From Candidatus Heimdallarchaeota archaeon (GTDB lineage Archaea; Asgardarchaeota; Heimdallarchaeia; JABLTI01): DNA of 24,000 nt. A model generated the notes under the pieces. The model saw nothing but the letters and a program-made list of their open reading frames with translations, had not been told where the DNA came from and ran no database searches. The stretch is taken from contig JABCTZ010000032.1 of assembly GCA_018238155.1 (NCBI GenBank), positions 5,034 to 29,033 on the forward strand. Direction: 5' to 3'. A program made the translations under genes and the position numbers. Position 1 is the stretch's first letter. Every line of letters begins with the position of its first letter. Below are positions 22,857 through 24,000 of this stretch, in pieces.

Positions 22857-23090
22857 ATGACTAATAAAATGCTGACTGTAGCCGAACAATTACCCCCTTC
22901 CGCAAGGGCCATTTACACTCTCTTATCTGAACAGGGACCTTTGACTTCAAAGGACTTAATTCTAAAATGCGATCTCGCACCAAGAACTGTCAGATATGCC
23001 TTAAAACGTTTAACGAAAGAAGGCCTTGTTAAAAAGGCACCATACCTATTAGATATGCGCTCTTCAAAGTATTTTGTTGAAACTGGTTGA
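22857..23090 (+). CDS. Small winged helix-turn-helix transcriptional regulator
   Basis: The 77-aa ORF has ARAIYTLLSEQGPLTSKDLILKCDLAPRTVRYALKRLTKEGLVKK. This is a typical wHTH (MarR/TrmB/ArsR-like) recognition unit followed by a short wing. The ATG at 22857 is effectively leaderless relative to the TATA-like box. An alternative ATG lies at 22869. Confidence 0.75.
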   Translation: MTNKMLTVAEQLPPSARAIYTLLSEQGPLTSKDLILKCDLAPRTVRYALKRLTKEGLVKKAPYLLDMRSSKYFVETG

Positions 23091-23133
23091 ATTTTTCAAC
23101 TAACGTAATAGTATAACTAAAGGTATAAATCAC

Positions 23134-23170
23134 CTCGTAAAGACTTACGGGGAAAACTCCTCTTTTTTCT
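23134..23170 (+). terminator. Hairpin plus T-tract terminator candidate after the wHTH gene
   Basis: CTCGTAA (23134-23140) pairs with TTACGGG (23145-23151), with one G-U pair and a 4-nt loop. It is followed by a long pyrimidine/T-rich tract (TCTTTTTTCTTTTCTTC...). Confidence 0.45.
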
Positions 23171-23280
23171 TTTCTTCTTTCTCTCTCATTTTCTTATTGT
23201 GTTTGGTTTTTTAGGATAAATTTTTGAATAGCGATTCTTTTTGATATTAAAGATATTCTGCAAACACAGGTTGAACATTC

Positions 23281-24000
23281 ATGAAACTCTTTAGTACATC
23301 GGGTATTAGACGAAAAGTAACTAATTTATCTCCTGAGTTTATTTCAAAGGTCGGTATGGCAATTTCAACAGCAATTTGTAATAATTCTGGTTCTGATATA
23401 ATTCTTGCTCGAGATGCTCGTTTAACGGGAGCAATGGTTGAACATGCAATTAGCTCTGGAATAATCGCTGGTGGATGTAATGTAGAACGAAAGGGGATTA
23501 TGCCAACTCCCGCTCTTGCTTACCATACTCATAAAACAAACGCCTGTGCAGGAATAATGCTTACTGCATCACATAATCCTCCTGAATATAATGGTATCAA
23601 AGTTTTTGATAAAACCAGCATGGGACTCTCTCCTGAAGATGAAACAAAAATTGAGAAAGCTGTTGCTGAAAACAAACTAAAACAAGTTAATTGGGAAAAT
23701 TTCGGCGAAGATAGAGAAGTATTTGGTTCAACTATTTATGAGGAAATGTTGTATGATGCAAGCTCGGATATTAATTTCGAGAAGTTTGATACCGTAATCG
23801 CTGATCCCGGTGGAGGGGCGGGTTGTGAGTTAGTCGCACATGTATATGAAAAAATAGGGTTAAATTTGCTAACTATTAATGGTATTTTTGACGGTTATTT
23901 TAGTGCCCGACCATCTGAACCTGTGGGAAAAAACCTCACAGCATTGAAATCAAGTGTTCTTCATCACAACGAAAAAGCAATAGGACTAGCTTTTGATGGA
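23281..24000 (+). CDS. glmM: Phosphoglucosamine mutase / phosphomannomutase family protein (5' part, runs off the window end)
   Basis: The translation from the ATG at 23281 is open to the window end. It contains MKLFSTSGIRRKV and the phosphoserine loop GIMLTASHNPPEYNGIKV. It ends at GLAFDG, which is the start of the metal-binding DGDGDR loop. The symbol is tentative, because archaeal members can be PMM/PGM or GlmM. Confidence 0.85.
   Translation, partial: MKLFSTSGIRRKVTNLSPEFISKVGMAISTAICNNSGSDIILARDARLTGAMVEHAISSGIIAGGCNVERKGIMPTPALAYHTHKTNACAGIMLTASHNPPEYNGIKVFDKTSMGLSPEDETKIEKAVAENKLKQVNWENFGEDREVFGSTIYEEMLYDASSDINFEKFDTVIADPGGGAGCELVAHVYEKIGLNLLTINGIFDGYFSARPSEPVGKNLTALKSSVLHHNEKAIGLAFDG

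Noticed and set aside
23158-23202. A polypyrimidine tract of about 45 nt (CTCCTCTTTTTTCTTTTCTTCTTTCTCTCTCATTTTCTTATT) downstream of the wHTH gene.
   Set aside because: It is most simply the oligo-T termination zone following the hairpin at 23134-23151. There is no evidence of a separate function.

Overview
Strongly AT-rich archaeal chromosomal segment. Two things read directly from the sequence support an archaeal origin. One is a DNA polymerase D large-subunit (DP2) gene. The other is a tRNA-Asn(GTT) gene with a 30-nt intron at the canonical 37/38 position that folds into a complete helix-bulge-helix-bulge-helix splicing motif. The lineage cannot be fixed without a search; an AT-rich Asgard/Lokiarchaeial-type or methanogen-like archaeon are both possible.

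Content from left to right:
- The 5' 3.1 kb of polD-DP2 (minus strand, running off the window). It is interrupted by an intein exactly at the catalytic KRRN|C site.
- A five-gene, translationally coupled minus-strand operon encoding only Mrp/complex-I-like membrane subunits (small, small, NuoK-like, NuoL-like, NuoN-like). By-eye alignment suggests most canonical buried charged residues are lost.
- A 245-aa hypothetical protein with a GC-rich poly-Ala linker.
- tRNA-Asn.
- A solitary OppC/DppC-type ABC permease.
- A ComB-family phosphatase.
- A HEAT(PBS)-repeat protein followed by an EutA-like ASKHA ATPase, with no EutBC.
- A minus-strand cluster: a longin/roadblock-like protein, a lipase/PGAP1-like serine hydrolase and two paralogous Cys-rich miniproteins.
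- A GT-C-like membrane protein.
- A GGCT/AIG2-like protein.
- A 414-aa protein with eight tandem LIM-like zinc modules fused to a DA1-like HEMxH peptidase.
- Two small membrane proteins.
- A small wHTH regulator with repeats upstream.
- The 5' part of a phosphoglucosamine/phosphomannomutase gene.

I saw no rRNA, CRISPR array, IS element, integrase or recognisable defence system.

The most unusual items are the zinc-module/DA1-like peptidase, the apparently charge-depleted antiporter-like module, and the Cys-rich miniprotein/hydrolase/longin-like cluster. All homology calls come from reading the translations by eye and need profile searches to confirm.
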